NCBI GenBank assembly: GCA_001938485.1
Contig: MQRK01232961.1
Span: forward strand, 1 to 64,000
DNA: 64,000 nucleotides
From: Girardia tigrina
Taxonomy: Eukaryota
Reading direction: 5' to 3'
Each line of letters opens with the position of its first letter. Position 1 is the stretch's first letter. The position numbers were made by a program, and so were the translations under genes. The notes below the pieces were generated by a model. That model was not told where the DNA came from. It made no database searches and saw nothing but the letters and a program-made list of their open reading frames with translations. Shown here piece by piece: positions 52,351 through 64,000 of this stretch.

Positions 52351-53014
52351 CTAATTAACACTACTTCACACGAAACTCTCTCCCAATAACTGTCAAAATG
52401 CTTACACAAAATTTTGAAATTATCTATATTAACATCATAATTACATCTTTTCCTATCAATATTCGCAACATTGAATTACCTACAGTTCATTTTCCCCACG
52501 AAAGATCATAATTATACGTCTGAAAATCAACTTTGACATTAATTAAGCTTTTTTGATACAATTTTAAATTTAAATTATTTTTATATAGGCAGAAAATATC
52601 GTTTTTATTTGAAATTCTTTATTTCAAATATTTTATATATTAAAAGAAAATATCATTTTACGTCGTTTATCTTTGAATCGTGTTTGAATCGAGAGAAAAT
52701 ATCGTTTAACAAAATCAGCGCCAAAATATTAACAACAACAAAAATCAGAAATTATAAAGTAGTCTAAGATAAATTATATAGTCAAAAATTAATTTTCACT
52801 CTGGCCAACTACATGATCTGATTGGCTATCCAATCAAAGCGAGTTTACAATTTCAATTCCCAATTTCTCTCCCTTCATATTCCAACAACATATTATCAGT
52901 ACACATAGTGGCCGTCTCTCTCTCTAGTTACATACAAAGAAGCAGATAACACGATAAATTTTAAAATAATTTCCCGTATCCGAAAAATTGAAGGTATGTT
53001 TTTTAATATATCTT

Positions 53015-53070
53015 CAACACTGTTAGGATTATGCTCGGATCTCATTTACCAATATACATGTAATGGGTTT
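53015..53070 (+). mobile_element. Tiny PLE GIY-YIG fragment
   Basis: LGLCSDLIYQYTCNG. Confidence 0.7.
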
Positions 53071-53084
53071 TATGGGACTCAGAT

Positions 53085-53179
53085 GAAACTTTTTCATAAT
53101 CAATTATTGTCATCGAGAATGAGTAAGTAAGTTTGGAGTAAATTGATCGAGTAAAATACCTTTAAAAATAGGTTTCTAA

Positions 53180-53222
<43 letters not shown>

Positions 53223-53260
53223 ATATATGTAGAAAGTAAGCTAATAAAAATAATGGAAAC
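53085..53260 (+). repeat. DINE/Helentron-like dispersed repeat (second copy ~58230-58345)
   Basis: The string ttattgtcatcga.aatgagtaagt...aagttt.gag.aaattgat.ga...ataggtttctaaa is shared, with an internal (TA)n here. Confidence 0.55.
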
Positions 53261-54089
53261 ATATATAGTTTGCAATCTCTTGTTAATGTATAGTGCTCAA
53301 GTGCATTGTCCATCAACTTATACACATGCGTATGTACCGATTAAAATAACGCCTTTTTTGGCCACGTTAAAAATGTGCTAAAAATGGTTAAAGTAATTTT
53401 AATTATAACAAAGGTTGCAAATGTATCAAATAAATACTTTATCAATCTTTATATATTTTTATATTTATGATTCTTTTACTATAATTTTGAAAATATAGTA
53501 ATTTATAAAAATTTGTAAAAAATATAATATTTTAATTATCAGTAATTCATGTTAAATCTAAACTGAGTCTAGAAAAAATTATCTTGGCAACCTCAATTAT
53601 AATTGTTTCTATACATGACCTATGTTATCGTTTATTATTAATAATAATATTAACAAACACATATTATGTTATTTTTCATGTTCAATTACTTATTCAGTAT
53701 TATACGTGTTACTATTATTTTAAGACAAATAACTTATTTTTGTCTTTTTATCATGCCAAAATTTCAAAATTGAAAAATAACTCATATAAATTTACAACTA
53801 AATAAAAAGAACATCATTAGGAGACCGTAGTTCTAATTGATTCAAGAATTCTTATTCCAAAATTGATACTGCAGGGTGTATAAATTATTTATAAAATTTA
53901 CTTTAATAATTATAAATAATAATTAAACTCTGATTTTTATGTATTAAATAAGCAAGAAAAAAAATGCTAAATAATCAAAATTAAATATTGTATAAGGAAT
54001 CTTTACTGATTAATAAATGTCAAGAATTTTTTCACTAAATAAAATCAGAAAAGGACGTCTAACGTAATGTTTTTAAAATGAAGGCCTTT

Positions 54090-54400
54090 TTGATAATGTT
54101 GAATATCTTGTGGAAAGATAAGAGAACAGACTAGTTTGTTAGGAAGAGAATGACAGATACACTTGATGAAAGATATTAATCAATAGAAGAATATATTAAG
54201 AGAAGAAAGCTGAAATTCTATGGACATCAAATAGGAAAACAACCACTTGAATTGAGAGTTAAAGGACAAAACCAAAGAGACAATATGAATACGACTTAAA
54301 AATGAAGCTGATAGAAGGTTTGAGATGAGTGGCGGCATATAGAGAGTAGTAGCAATTGCTTGTACATATTTGAGTGCTACAACAGCAAACCGGCTATGAT
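54090..54400 (+). mobile_element. RTE-like LINE 3' relic
   Basis: IEEYIKRRKLKFYGH...RVKG resembles the RTE C-terminal RRLxWxGH motif. Confidence 0.55.
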
Positions 54401-54599
54401 ATAGAAGAGGAGAAAGAGAATAAGCTTCTTCTAAATATTTATTGGTACAAGTTTCATTCGTTTAAATTCGATGCTAATCTGTTTGGTAAGAAAAGATTGG
54501 TACGAAGCCTTTCTTTCTGATTAAAATAGCACTTATATACTTCTTTTATTAAATTTACTAAAATTTGCATTATTCACCAATAAATTGATTCAACTAATT

Positions 54600-55440
54600 C
54601 TTACTAAGCTATTTCTAAATCATTTATAAGAACAAAAATCGGGAGATCAGGAATTTTGTTAGGCCTAATATAACCTATTAATATTAAGCCGAATTAATTT
54701 TTAGTTTACAGACCATTTTAGTTTAATTAATGCCCTATTAAAAAGTTTTATTAATAGTTTGATTATTTGTACCATTTGCTTGTATCTTGTTTTTGATATT
54801 TTTAGTACATAAAGCAATAGCAATCAATAAAAATGTTAGAAAAGGACGCCCAAAAAGAATTTTAGCAACAGTCTCAAAATTCTAATAAACAAAAGTTAGT
54901 TTTTAGGTTGACCAATATAACTTATCATCTGAACCATATTGGTGAATATCACTTTTTTTGTATATAACCTTGATGTCACAAAACCATGTCGTTCAACCTA
55001 TAAGAAGGAATTGATTCCTTTTAAAGCATTTTGTTATTTCCAAATGTAATTTGACTAAAAGAAAGTTCTCATTATTTATAGTTTGAAGGAAACAATAATT
55101 TTAGCCAGACTTTGAGGCTGCAGATTTAGTCTTTTTGTTCGCAGAACAATCAATCCTACTAAATTTGCTTTTCGGAATAAAATTCACAAACTTTCATCAA
55201 GCAACGGCGCAGTTGCTGTAAGCTATTTTGCATGTTATTTTCATGTTTTTTATTCTTGTAATCTCAATATCTGAGAAAAAACTGTGATGATTATGTTCAT
55301 TTATTAGTAATAAGAATTTCTAATCGGATTTTTGGTTTTGTACACGCGCTTTATGAGATGATTTGTCTTTTGTTTTCACAACGCCATAAATTTTTCGTTC
55401 TATCAGGTCTAGGTTTATCAAAAACCACCCTACATCGAAT
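54600..55440 (-). mobile_element. MULE transposase relic with FLYWCH-like zinc finger
   Basis: VFDKP...LWRCENK...KARV, NH, NENFLL, TTWF and EF/ETVAK fragments occur in MULE order across frameshifts. Confidence 0.5.
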
Positions 55441-57509
55441 GATTACGTTGATGTCTAACAATTGCTTCGATTTATATGAATTTTAGTCCTTTAAAAAAAG
55501 AAAATTATGTTTATTTTGGCCATGTATACTTAAAAAACAATTATAAGATAGTTTCTTTAAAAAATTTTATTCCAATATGATATAATATTTATAAAAATAA
55601 ACATCGCCAAAAGGATTGCATCTAAATTACCATTTTGAGGTTCCAAAGCACCTACATGACAGCTTCAAAATTAACCCCTAACTTTAAAAAAAGCGTTTCG
55701 AAATAATTTTACTTAAATATTTTATCTTGTTTACTATGCTGTGTATGACTCAAACATAATTAAATTTACACATCTTTTTGGAAAATAAAAACAAAAATAG
55801 AAAATAAAAATAATAGGATATTAATTTTCTGTTTTTCTTATCAAATGTTACTTGTTTAAAATATACATATTATTAGTACTAATTAATTGCTAATTAATCA
55901 TTAATTAAAAACGATAGAAAATTTATAAAAAACGAATAAAATATTATTAAAAAAATCATGATATTGAAAACTTTACCCACTCAAAATAATAATAATTTAT
56001 TTACAATAATTTTTTCAGTTGGCTTTTATTTCTCTTAAACAATAAAAAAATCAATAAATTACAAAAATGATCAAAGAATAAATAACAACAGACAGAATAT
56101 AAAATAGACAAAAAGTTTTTTTTTACTTTTATGTTTGACTTCTGTTTTTTATTTTAATTGTTCGTTTTGATATTAAAGATATTATTTATTTTATATATTT
56201 ATTTTAAAAATATAAATAAACAACTTAATATTCAATTGATTATTTATCTTTTTGTTTATAGTTGACAAACATAAACATATTATATTATACATGTCTATTT
56301 TAAAAATATTATTTGAATGTAACTTTAAGATAAAAGAAATTTAATAATCAATAAATAATTAATAAATATAAAATTTAAAAAAATAAAAACAGGTGATAAA
56401 CTTCAGGTTACCTTGCAATATGTATTTAGTTTTGTTTTAATGAAGATACTTAATAATCTTAAAATATTAATATCTTAATTTAAACAAATATTTATTTGAA
56501 AACAGAAATTATTATTGATTGATATATAAGTCAGTTTTAAATTGATTTATTTGTTTTGATCATAACATTTACGAAGACCGCATAATTTTGATTATGTTTC
56601 AAACAAAATTAATTTTAATTAATTGATAAAAACAAAATGCAGAAAATTTTGATATTGTTTTGATAACAAATTTGTTTTCTTTGTCAATTGAATTTTTTTT
56701 AATAATTTATTTACTTTTCAAAGCAATCAATCAAACACGCTTCAAAGGGTACTCTGCTTTTTATACATTCAGTAAAAGAAAACAGAAATTATTATTAGGA
56801 AAAAACTGATCAGCAATTTTAAAATAAATTAAATAATAAAATAATAAGAAACAAAATTTAAAATTATATAAAGACATGTTGTTCTTAAATTAATATTTGA
56901 TCGGCAGTCTCTTATTGAGGAGCTTTTTATTAGCGTGATTGCATGCAATCGATTACATAATCATTATATTTGCATTTATATACAGGCGAATTAAATTAAT
57001 TATCAGTTACCTGAATGCGAGGGATAATTTGGAATGTTGTAAGTTTGTATGCTGTTTAGATTTGTGACTCTCCTACTCAGATGGGATTGATATGTTTATT
57101 GATTGATTATTTGAATCTAATGAAATTAATTTAATGATATTAATTTTAAGTACTAATTAANNNNNNNNNNNNNNNNNNNNNNNNNNNNNNNNNNNNNNNN
57201 NNNNNNNNNNNNNNNNNNNNNNNNNNNNNNNNNNNNNNNNNNNTTTTTATCCAATAAAATTATGAGAAATTAAAATGTAATATTAAAATTTCCCATTCAT
57301 TGATTTTTTCATATTTGAATATTTAATCAAAAACTATATCAATCAAAGAAAGATGACCTCTGTAAATTGTTGTGAAGATTATGTTTGTGTTGTAAATAAA
57401 TGTTTGCATTCAAATTGTGATGTTGTTAATATATTGAAGACGGTAGATCCGTGGAAATTTATTATCTATCAATATATTTTAAACTAGTAAACCAAAATAA
57501 TTTTATATA

Positions 57510-57931
57510 TGTAAGGAATATTTTTGAATGGTGTTTAGTGTATGATGTTTTGTATGCTGTTTTAGGATTGTGTTTCTCCCACCCAGATGGAAGATTGATA
57601 TTTTAAATATTTTAAAATGTCGGATTATTTAATCAATTATTAAAATTTAAATAACCAATTTTAAAATTAAATTAATATTTCATAAATAATATTTAATAAT
57701 AATTTTCTTAAAATAAATAAAATTTATTTTTAATTTAAAGTATAAATTATTTTTGTAATAATTGAATAGTAATTTAAATTTGTTCGAATAATAAGACGTT
57801 AAAGAATATTATTAAAGATTATCAATCAAGAACGATGACGAGCTACGCTAGCTTTATGGAGAATTTTTCTAGTGGTAATTCAAATTGTGATGAAAATAAA
57901 TGTAATGAAGACTTAATTAATGTTTTTAATA
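57510..57931 (+). mobile_element. Solo LTR (same family as 22281-22740)
   Basis: Colinear over ~420 bp; flanks atata/atatc are consistent with a 5-bp TSD carrying one mismatch. Confidence 0.8.
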
Positions 57932-60900
57932 ATATCCATTTTTTATGCAGACATAACTCTACTGAGCAAAGAAAATTTTAATTAAAAAAATATTTTCAAA
58001 AAACATGATAAAAATTAAAACATTCTGTTGGCCACGCAGAGTTCCGCCCGTATGGAGTATGGTTATAAAAAAATATTTTTTTGATTTTTAGTTAGACTTT
58101 AAATCGGTTTATTGTACTGTATTTATTTTAAGCGTAATATAAACTACTTATAATTGATAAGTAAATTTTTTTAAATTAATATTGTGCAGGAATCCCGACT
58201 GGACAATTTTGGGACCTTAAAATATTTTTTGATCAAATTTTCGCATAGTCATTTATTGTCATCGAAAATGAGTAAGTGTGTAAAGTTTAGAGAAAATTGA
58301 TTGAAACAAAAGGCCTTCAAATATAGGTTTCTAAAAAAGGAATGGAAAAAGAAGAATTTTGTCTTATTAAATTTTTTTAATCCGAATTCAAGTTTATCAA
58401 TAATAACATGATAATTGTTGATCAATTTAATAAAATTTCATTTATATTTAATACAATTTAAGAATAAAGTTAAATTAATTCTAACATACAATTTTGGGGA
58501 AAACTTATTCAGATATATATGTATTATAAATAAAAATAAGCCAACTTTTGTTTTTGAAAGAAATACTGTTTAAGAATAACAAAAAATTAAAAAATTGAAT
58601 ACTGATTTTAAATATAAGAAAAAATAAATTGAAGCTATTCATTTGTTAAAATGGATCAGAGAAATTTAAATGGCAAAAATGAAATATAAATTTTTTGTTG
58701 GCATTGTAATAAGAAATAAATCTTTTGTGGAAAATATGTGTTCTTCCTCTTATTCAAAAATTATATTGTATTATTGACACCGAGTGGTTCAGCAGCTGGA
58801 TCATGGTCGACACCGAATGGTTTGGCATAGAAAACATTGTCGTATGGCCGGACAATCAGACTAGTTCCGCGGTTCGTGGCAAATGTCTTGCCCGCATAAT
58901 GAAAGAAATACTGTCGGTAACAAATCGACGACGGTAGGCGGTGGCTTGTTGTTGACAACGATGAATTATCAAGAGTTATCGATTGAATAGAAGTATAGTA
59001 GCGATTTCAAATAATTTCAAATCGATTTTAATTCACAATTTGAATCTCATAAATCAAATCATTTCTTTTGGAAATCAGAACAAAATTTATTATTATTTAT
59101 ATTTTTCAGTCATTCGAATAAACAAGCTGATTTTTTTAATAAAAAAATTATTATTAGTGTTTTTGTAAGGTGTTGTGAACTGTTTTTTATAAATATGAAT
59201 ATGGGATTTTAATATATAGATATATTTACAAATAATAATATTTAATTTTTTTGTCACTTTAAGTACTAATAAATTGTGGTATGGTTACAAGGCTGAAAAT
59301 GCAAAAACAGTTTTTTTAAATTTTTTTGTAGATTAAATTAAATTATGCTTGTTAATTTTTATTATTATTTTGATTATTATTATTATTGCTATTAAAGAAT
59401 CTATTTTTCTCCCAATGAACAATTTTTGACATCCTGACATAAAAACAAAAAAATAATAAACCTACACAAAGGTCTCATTCTTCAGTAAAGCAGTGTTCAT
59501 TTTGTTATCAAAATAAACATACGTAAATCTTAGTTAATATTTCAATTGAGATTTAAGTTTGAGCAGAATTTTTAAATGTCAAGTTGTGTTTTAATAATAC
59601 TTTAACAGGTAATATATAAAATTTATCATAAAACTAATATTATTTTCCTTCACTGTATCGAAAGAATTTCCTGTATAATTCTTTTACTACATAATATTAC
59701 TTATTCTTATTTTAGAATTATAAATTTAATAAAATAATTTTAGTTATTATTTTTTCTTTAATCCCTGAAAATAATATAAAATGCAACTGTAAATGAATGA
59801 AAAGAAATTTAATCAATCTACTCTAAAGTTTCTTAAATTTTAGAAAAATTCTCCATAGTTTCCTAACTTCAGTGAAGTCGGAAAAGGAAAGTCCAGATTC
59901 AAATGATAAGCTATGAATAGTTATTTTCTGCAAATTTTGTCAAAATATTGTTCAACGTCTGAAAATAATTTAGTTTTTTAGTAATAATAATAGTAACAAT
60001 AATAAAATGAATAATAATAAATAATAATAATAATAACAATAATAAATTACTAATAGCTTTAATATTTTTAAACAAAACTGTAATAAACTGAAATTCTAGT
60101 AAAAATATATAATTAAAGTATTTAGACGTACAACCTTGTAAAGCAATTATGTATTATGAGATATTGATTTTTTTAAAAAATATTTATATATATTAAGGAA
60201 TTTAATAAACAATGGTAAATTATAATTGTAATGAAAAGAGCAATAGAGTGTATTTTCCTCTTCTATTAACTTCGTTAAATAATTATATATAAAAAGATGG
60301 GAAATATTTATTAGTTAGCACAATAAACATCAAGTTGTTATGGATATAGTTAATTGTCAAAGCCTTTGGCGATATAGAAATAAATAGATTGGGTTCCTGA
60401 ATTCCAGACCAACTATAAGTGTGGTTCTGGTCAAGTCAAATGAGGATATCAAAAGCGCTACATGAGGTTTGTTGAACAAATGCTGATTTCTTTGTTTAGT
60501 CTGTTACTCAAACATTAGTCAGGTAAACTTGCAATGCACATGGATTAGATGCCAGTTGTGTAATAGAAATTCATCGGCGAGAGCACAGTGAAACGAATTT
60601 ACAGCTCTGGTTAATCTAGGAAACCCGACAAATGATTAATGATCCGGTTGGATGTGTCACAGATAATATTGAAGTTTCTCAATGCAACAAAATTAACGGA
60701 AATCGACTGGTCCAGAATACTTAAGTACTGAATTGGAAAAAATAGAACTTGCTGAATGATTGGTTTATTAATATTGATTTTTAAATCCTTTGTCACTTAA
60801 TTAAGCGAACGACTGATATTCTAAGTGAGTTCTAAAGATATATCTTCTGTGGGAACTAAGTATTCCAGATATACTTCAAAATGTTTAGCGTTGTTTGAAA

Positions 60901-61244
60901 GAGATTTCTTTTAATTATTGTAATCAATGTAATTTGTACTTGGTTGCTCCAACTTTGATCAACATTCAACTGGATGTTCAACAAAATTTTCGGTTTCAAA
61001 ATTATTCGAATCCGATTTGATTGTGGAAAGCAGAATGTCATAATTTTTCATAATTCCTGTAGCTTGGAGGAATTTTTAATTTAGCATTTTAAATTAAATT
61101 ACATTGATTATTATCAATAATATTTTGAATTGTTATTTTCATAATCTATATTAAATATATATTTATAATAGTAGTAGTAGGTTAAAAAAATAATCAATAA
61201 AAAAATTGAATGCGATTTTTCAAAATTTTTGTAAATAATTTACC

Positions 61245-61731
61245 CCCCATCGTCAGACTAAATTAACATTATTTTTGTAGATTTTATATGAAAGGGATGA
61301 ATATGGAATTAATCATTTCATAAAGACTCTATCTGAAAATGGTTAACAGAGAATTTGAGTGTGAAGCTTGAATATAAATTTTTGGATCCATGGATCTCAT
61401 TAATAAATTACCATACATTACTCTCCCCTAATAATTTTTAAATCGATTGCACAGAATTTGAAAATCCTTTTCTTTGATTATCTTTTTACATCTGAAATTA
61501 TGCTCAGCAATTTGGCTCCTATTATCCAATCGACTATGCTCTTTGATACGTTTGCAGAGATGATGAGACATGGATCCAAAATTAATTTTCGAGCCTCACA
61601 TTCAAATTCTTTGTTAAATATTTTCAAGTAGAGCCTTAATGTCATGATAAATTTTATAGTCATCACTTTAATATATTAGCTGCGAAAACTAATGTTAATT
61701 TAGTCTGACGATGGTGGTCAATCGCAGTATC
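61245..61731. mobile_element. PLE 3' fragment (-, 61245-61568) with inverted 3' duplication (+, 61569-61731)
   Basis: catggatccaaaa...cacactcaaattct.tgttaa..attttca...aatgttaatttagtctgacgatgg is present in both orientations, and both copies reach a CTGACGA hammerhead box. Confidence 0.8.
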
Positions 61732-61733
61732 TA

Positions 61734-63067
61734 TTAACATGGCAAGAAAGTTTTTCCGTTACTCTCCACTTCTAAATAAGAAAAAATTACCATTCTAATG
61801 CTATTTTTTTGTTAATTCATGTTTATAAATATTTTTTGACAAAAAAATCAATCAATATATGTATATTAATTTGTGTCATATGATCACTTTTCTTATTGGA
61901 TTTAAAAGGTTGTCGGTAAAAATGGAGTTTTCAAAATCTAACAGTTAATTCTATGCATACGTTTAGTGGAAAAATGGAACGACTGCAGCTGAAACCTATA
62001 GAAAGTTGTTCAATGCCTTCCTTGATGATTGCCCAACGGAACGCACAATAAGAAACTGGTACTCAGATTTTACCTCAGGCAAGCGGCTAACGTTGGACGA
62101 TCACCCACGGCGTGGACGTTCTTCAGCAACAACAACTGATGATTTGATTGAAAAAGTTAGGAACATAATTGAGCAGGATGAAAGAATGTCTTTAAGACAC
62201 ATAAGTGAAATGCTTGATGTCAACAAAGAATCAATAAGGACAATCATCCATGAAAATTTGAACAGGAAAAGGATTTTGAGCATCTGGGTGCCTTATCAAC
62301 TGACTGATGATCACAAACAACAACGTATTAAATCCTCCAGAAATTTTTTGTAACTTCTGCAACAATATTGGAAAGAATGCTTGATGAAACGATGAATAAC
62401 AGTTGCTGAAACGAGGATATCATTTCCCACTACATTATGGAGATCCGACTTACAAGTATGTGCAAGTGGAGATGATCCTCGACCATGTGCTGTTCAAAAC
62501 AAAAAATTTGGACGAAGAACAATGCTTATTTTGGTATTCACAGCTGATGATATATTTCACATCGAAATAACAAAATCTGGTGAGGTTATCAATTCTGAAA
62601 GATATACAGAATTCATTCAAAATAGTCTTACGAAGTTTAGTAAAGACAAAGGACGAGTGAATATGCGAGAAATTCTTTGGCAGCATGATAATGCTCGACC
62701 ACATTCATCCAACTTTACCATGGAGTTTTTTTCAGAAAAAAACACGTTGAATTGATTAAACAAGCTCCATATTCACCTGATTTAAATCAGTGTGACAAAT
62801 GGCTATTTAAAGTTTTAAAAGGATCACTAAGAACAACATCATTTGCAAGTGAGGAAGAAGTCTTTCAAGCGGTCAGTGATATTTTGAGGAATCTCTCACG
62901 AGAAAAACTTTCACATGAATTTGATAAACTTTTTATATATGCTGAAAATGTTATTTGTTGTAATGGTGAATATACTGTTATGTAGAACTATATATTTGTT
63001 GTTTTATATTTGTTTTATTTAGAAATTAGAAATACAGAGGAGTAACGGAAAAACACTGCCATATTAA
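61734..63067 (+). mobile_element. Full-length mariner element, pseudogenised
   Basis: TIRs TA-ttaacatggca..gtttttccgttactc / gagtaacggaaaaac..tgccatattaa-TA. Transposase: ERTIRNWY...PRRGRS...WVPYQLT...WQHDNARPH...APYSPDLNQCD...GEY, with stops and frameshifts. Confidence 0.93.
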
Positions 63068-63105
63068 TAATATCCATAGACTTTGATGGCGCTTAATTTT
63101 TTTAA

Positions 63106-63153
<48 letters not shown>

Positions 63154-63299
63154 NNNNNNNNNNNNNNNNNNNNNNNNNNNNNNNNNNNNNNNNNNNNNNN
63201 NNNTATATATATATATATTTATATTGATTTACTATACTTGGGAAATCAGAAAACTATTTTCAATGTATCTTTACATTATTTTATAGAAAATAACTCTTA

Positions 63300-63966
63300 A
63301 CAGATCTTTCATAATGTTTACAAAGCCTAATGTATTTTTGACATAAATTTATAAATCCAAATACTAAGATTAAATTCTCAAGTTGAATTTCTTGAGTAAA
63401 ATTGTCTGGACAAAATTTGTAAATAACGAATAAGTTTTTTCCATAAATTTTTAAATTTGTTCAAAAAAATCGATACATGGGATCATTTTATTCAAATAAA
63501 TTTAGTTGTAATCATTAATTATTATATTTTAATATAGAGAAAAATATTCATCGTATATTATTCGAATCTAAGAAATATATAAATATTAAGAACACCAATA
63601 TGATTTTCCTTACTTATTTTTGATCAGTTTGAATTGTCTTTACGGCCATTCTTAGTAAAATTTTCGTAATTTGATATTTAGCAAAATTGATAAAAATTCG
63701 ACAATCAATCCTTTAAAACATTTATTCGAACAAATTTTTATTTAATACGTAGACATTTTGTCAAGGATTTTATTATTTTTTTGATTTACTAATTTTTTCA
63801 ATAGTTTCACCAAAAAATTATTTTATTAAAATTATTTTCATTTAAAAACATTTATTTAATCGACTTCCAAATTCAGTGTAAAATATTTTTTTAATAATGT
63901 AATTAATTTCCTTTTAATGGTGTTAATTTTAAAATATCTTATGTTGTAATTTAAAATTTAAATCAT
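63300..63966 (-). mobile_element. Possible PLE 5'/N-terminal relic
   Basis: Shares attggtgttcttaata with the 11690/49190 repeat; decayed K/I/N-rich frames. Confidence 0.3.
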
Positions 63967-64000
63967 TCTTGAAAAATTAATTATCGCGAAAATCCAAAAT

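Noticed and set aside
60500-60570. hAT CxxH motif (HLIHVHC)
   Set aside because: No downstream His and no other hAT motifs in frame.

Overview
Very AT-rich (by eye about three-quarters A+T) eukaryotic scaffold with assembly gaps. It is most likely from an invertebrate animal: it has spliceosomal-type exon borders, a TNFR-type Cys repeat and an animal-type TE spectrum. It is not prokaryotic; I see no CRISPR, rRNA or intact tRNA. The window is a transposon graveyard. It holds many Penelope-like retroelement (PLE) fragments (RT and GIY-YIG), several with minimal type I hammerhead ribozymes in their pseudo-LTRs, and two have inverted pLTRs. It also holds a full-length but mutated Ty3/Gypsy element (LTRs, PBS, PPT, 5-bp TSD) nested in a PLE, solo LTRs, two mariner elements, Tc1-like, hAT, MULE and RTE relics, and several MITEs (Tc2/pogo-like, Kolobok/T2-like, hAT, Tc1-like, Helentron/DINE-like). 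Host-gene sequence appears only as damaged fragments: a sedoheptulokinase 5' part, a PP1-like phosphatase, and scattered exons of a possible TNFR-Cys single-pass receptor. I cannot support any intact multi-exon gene. The most notable signals are the hammerhead ribozymes (one intact, others decayed, one split by a mariner), a solo-LTR-like unit carrying a tRNA-like Pol III cassette, a GC-rich MITE that looks foreign to this genome, and a recurrent CGCGATAA motif just upstream of ATGs. All calls come from reading the sequence by eye; no database search was run.
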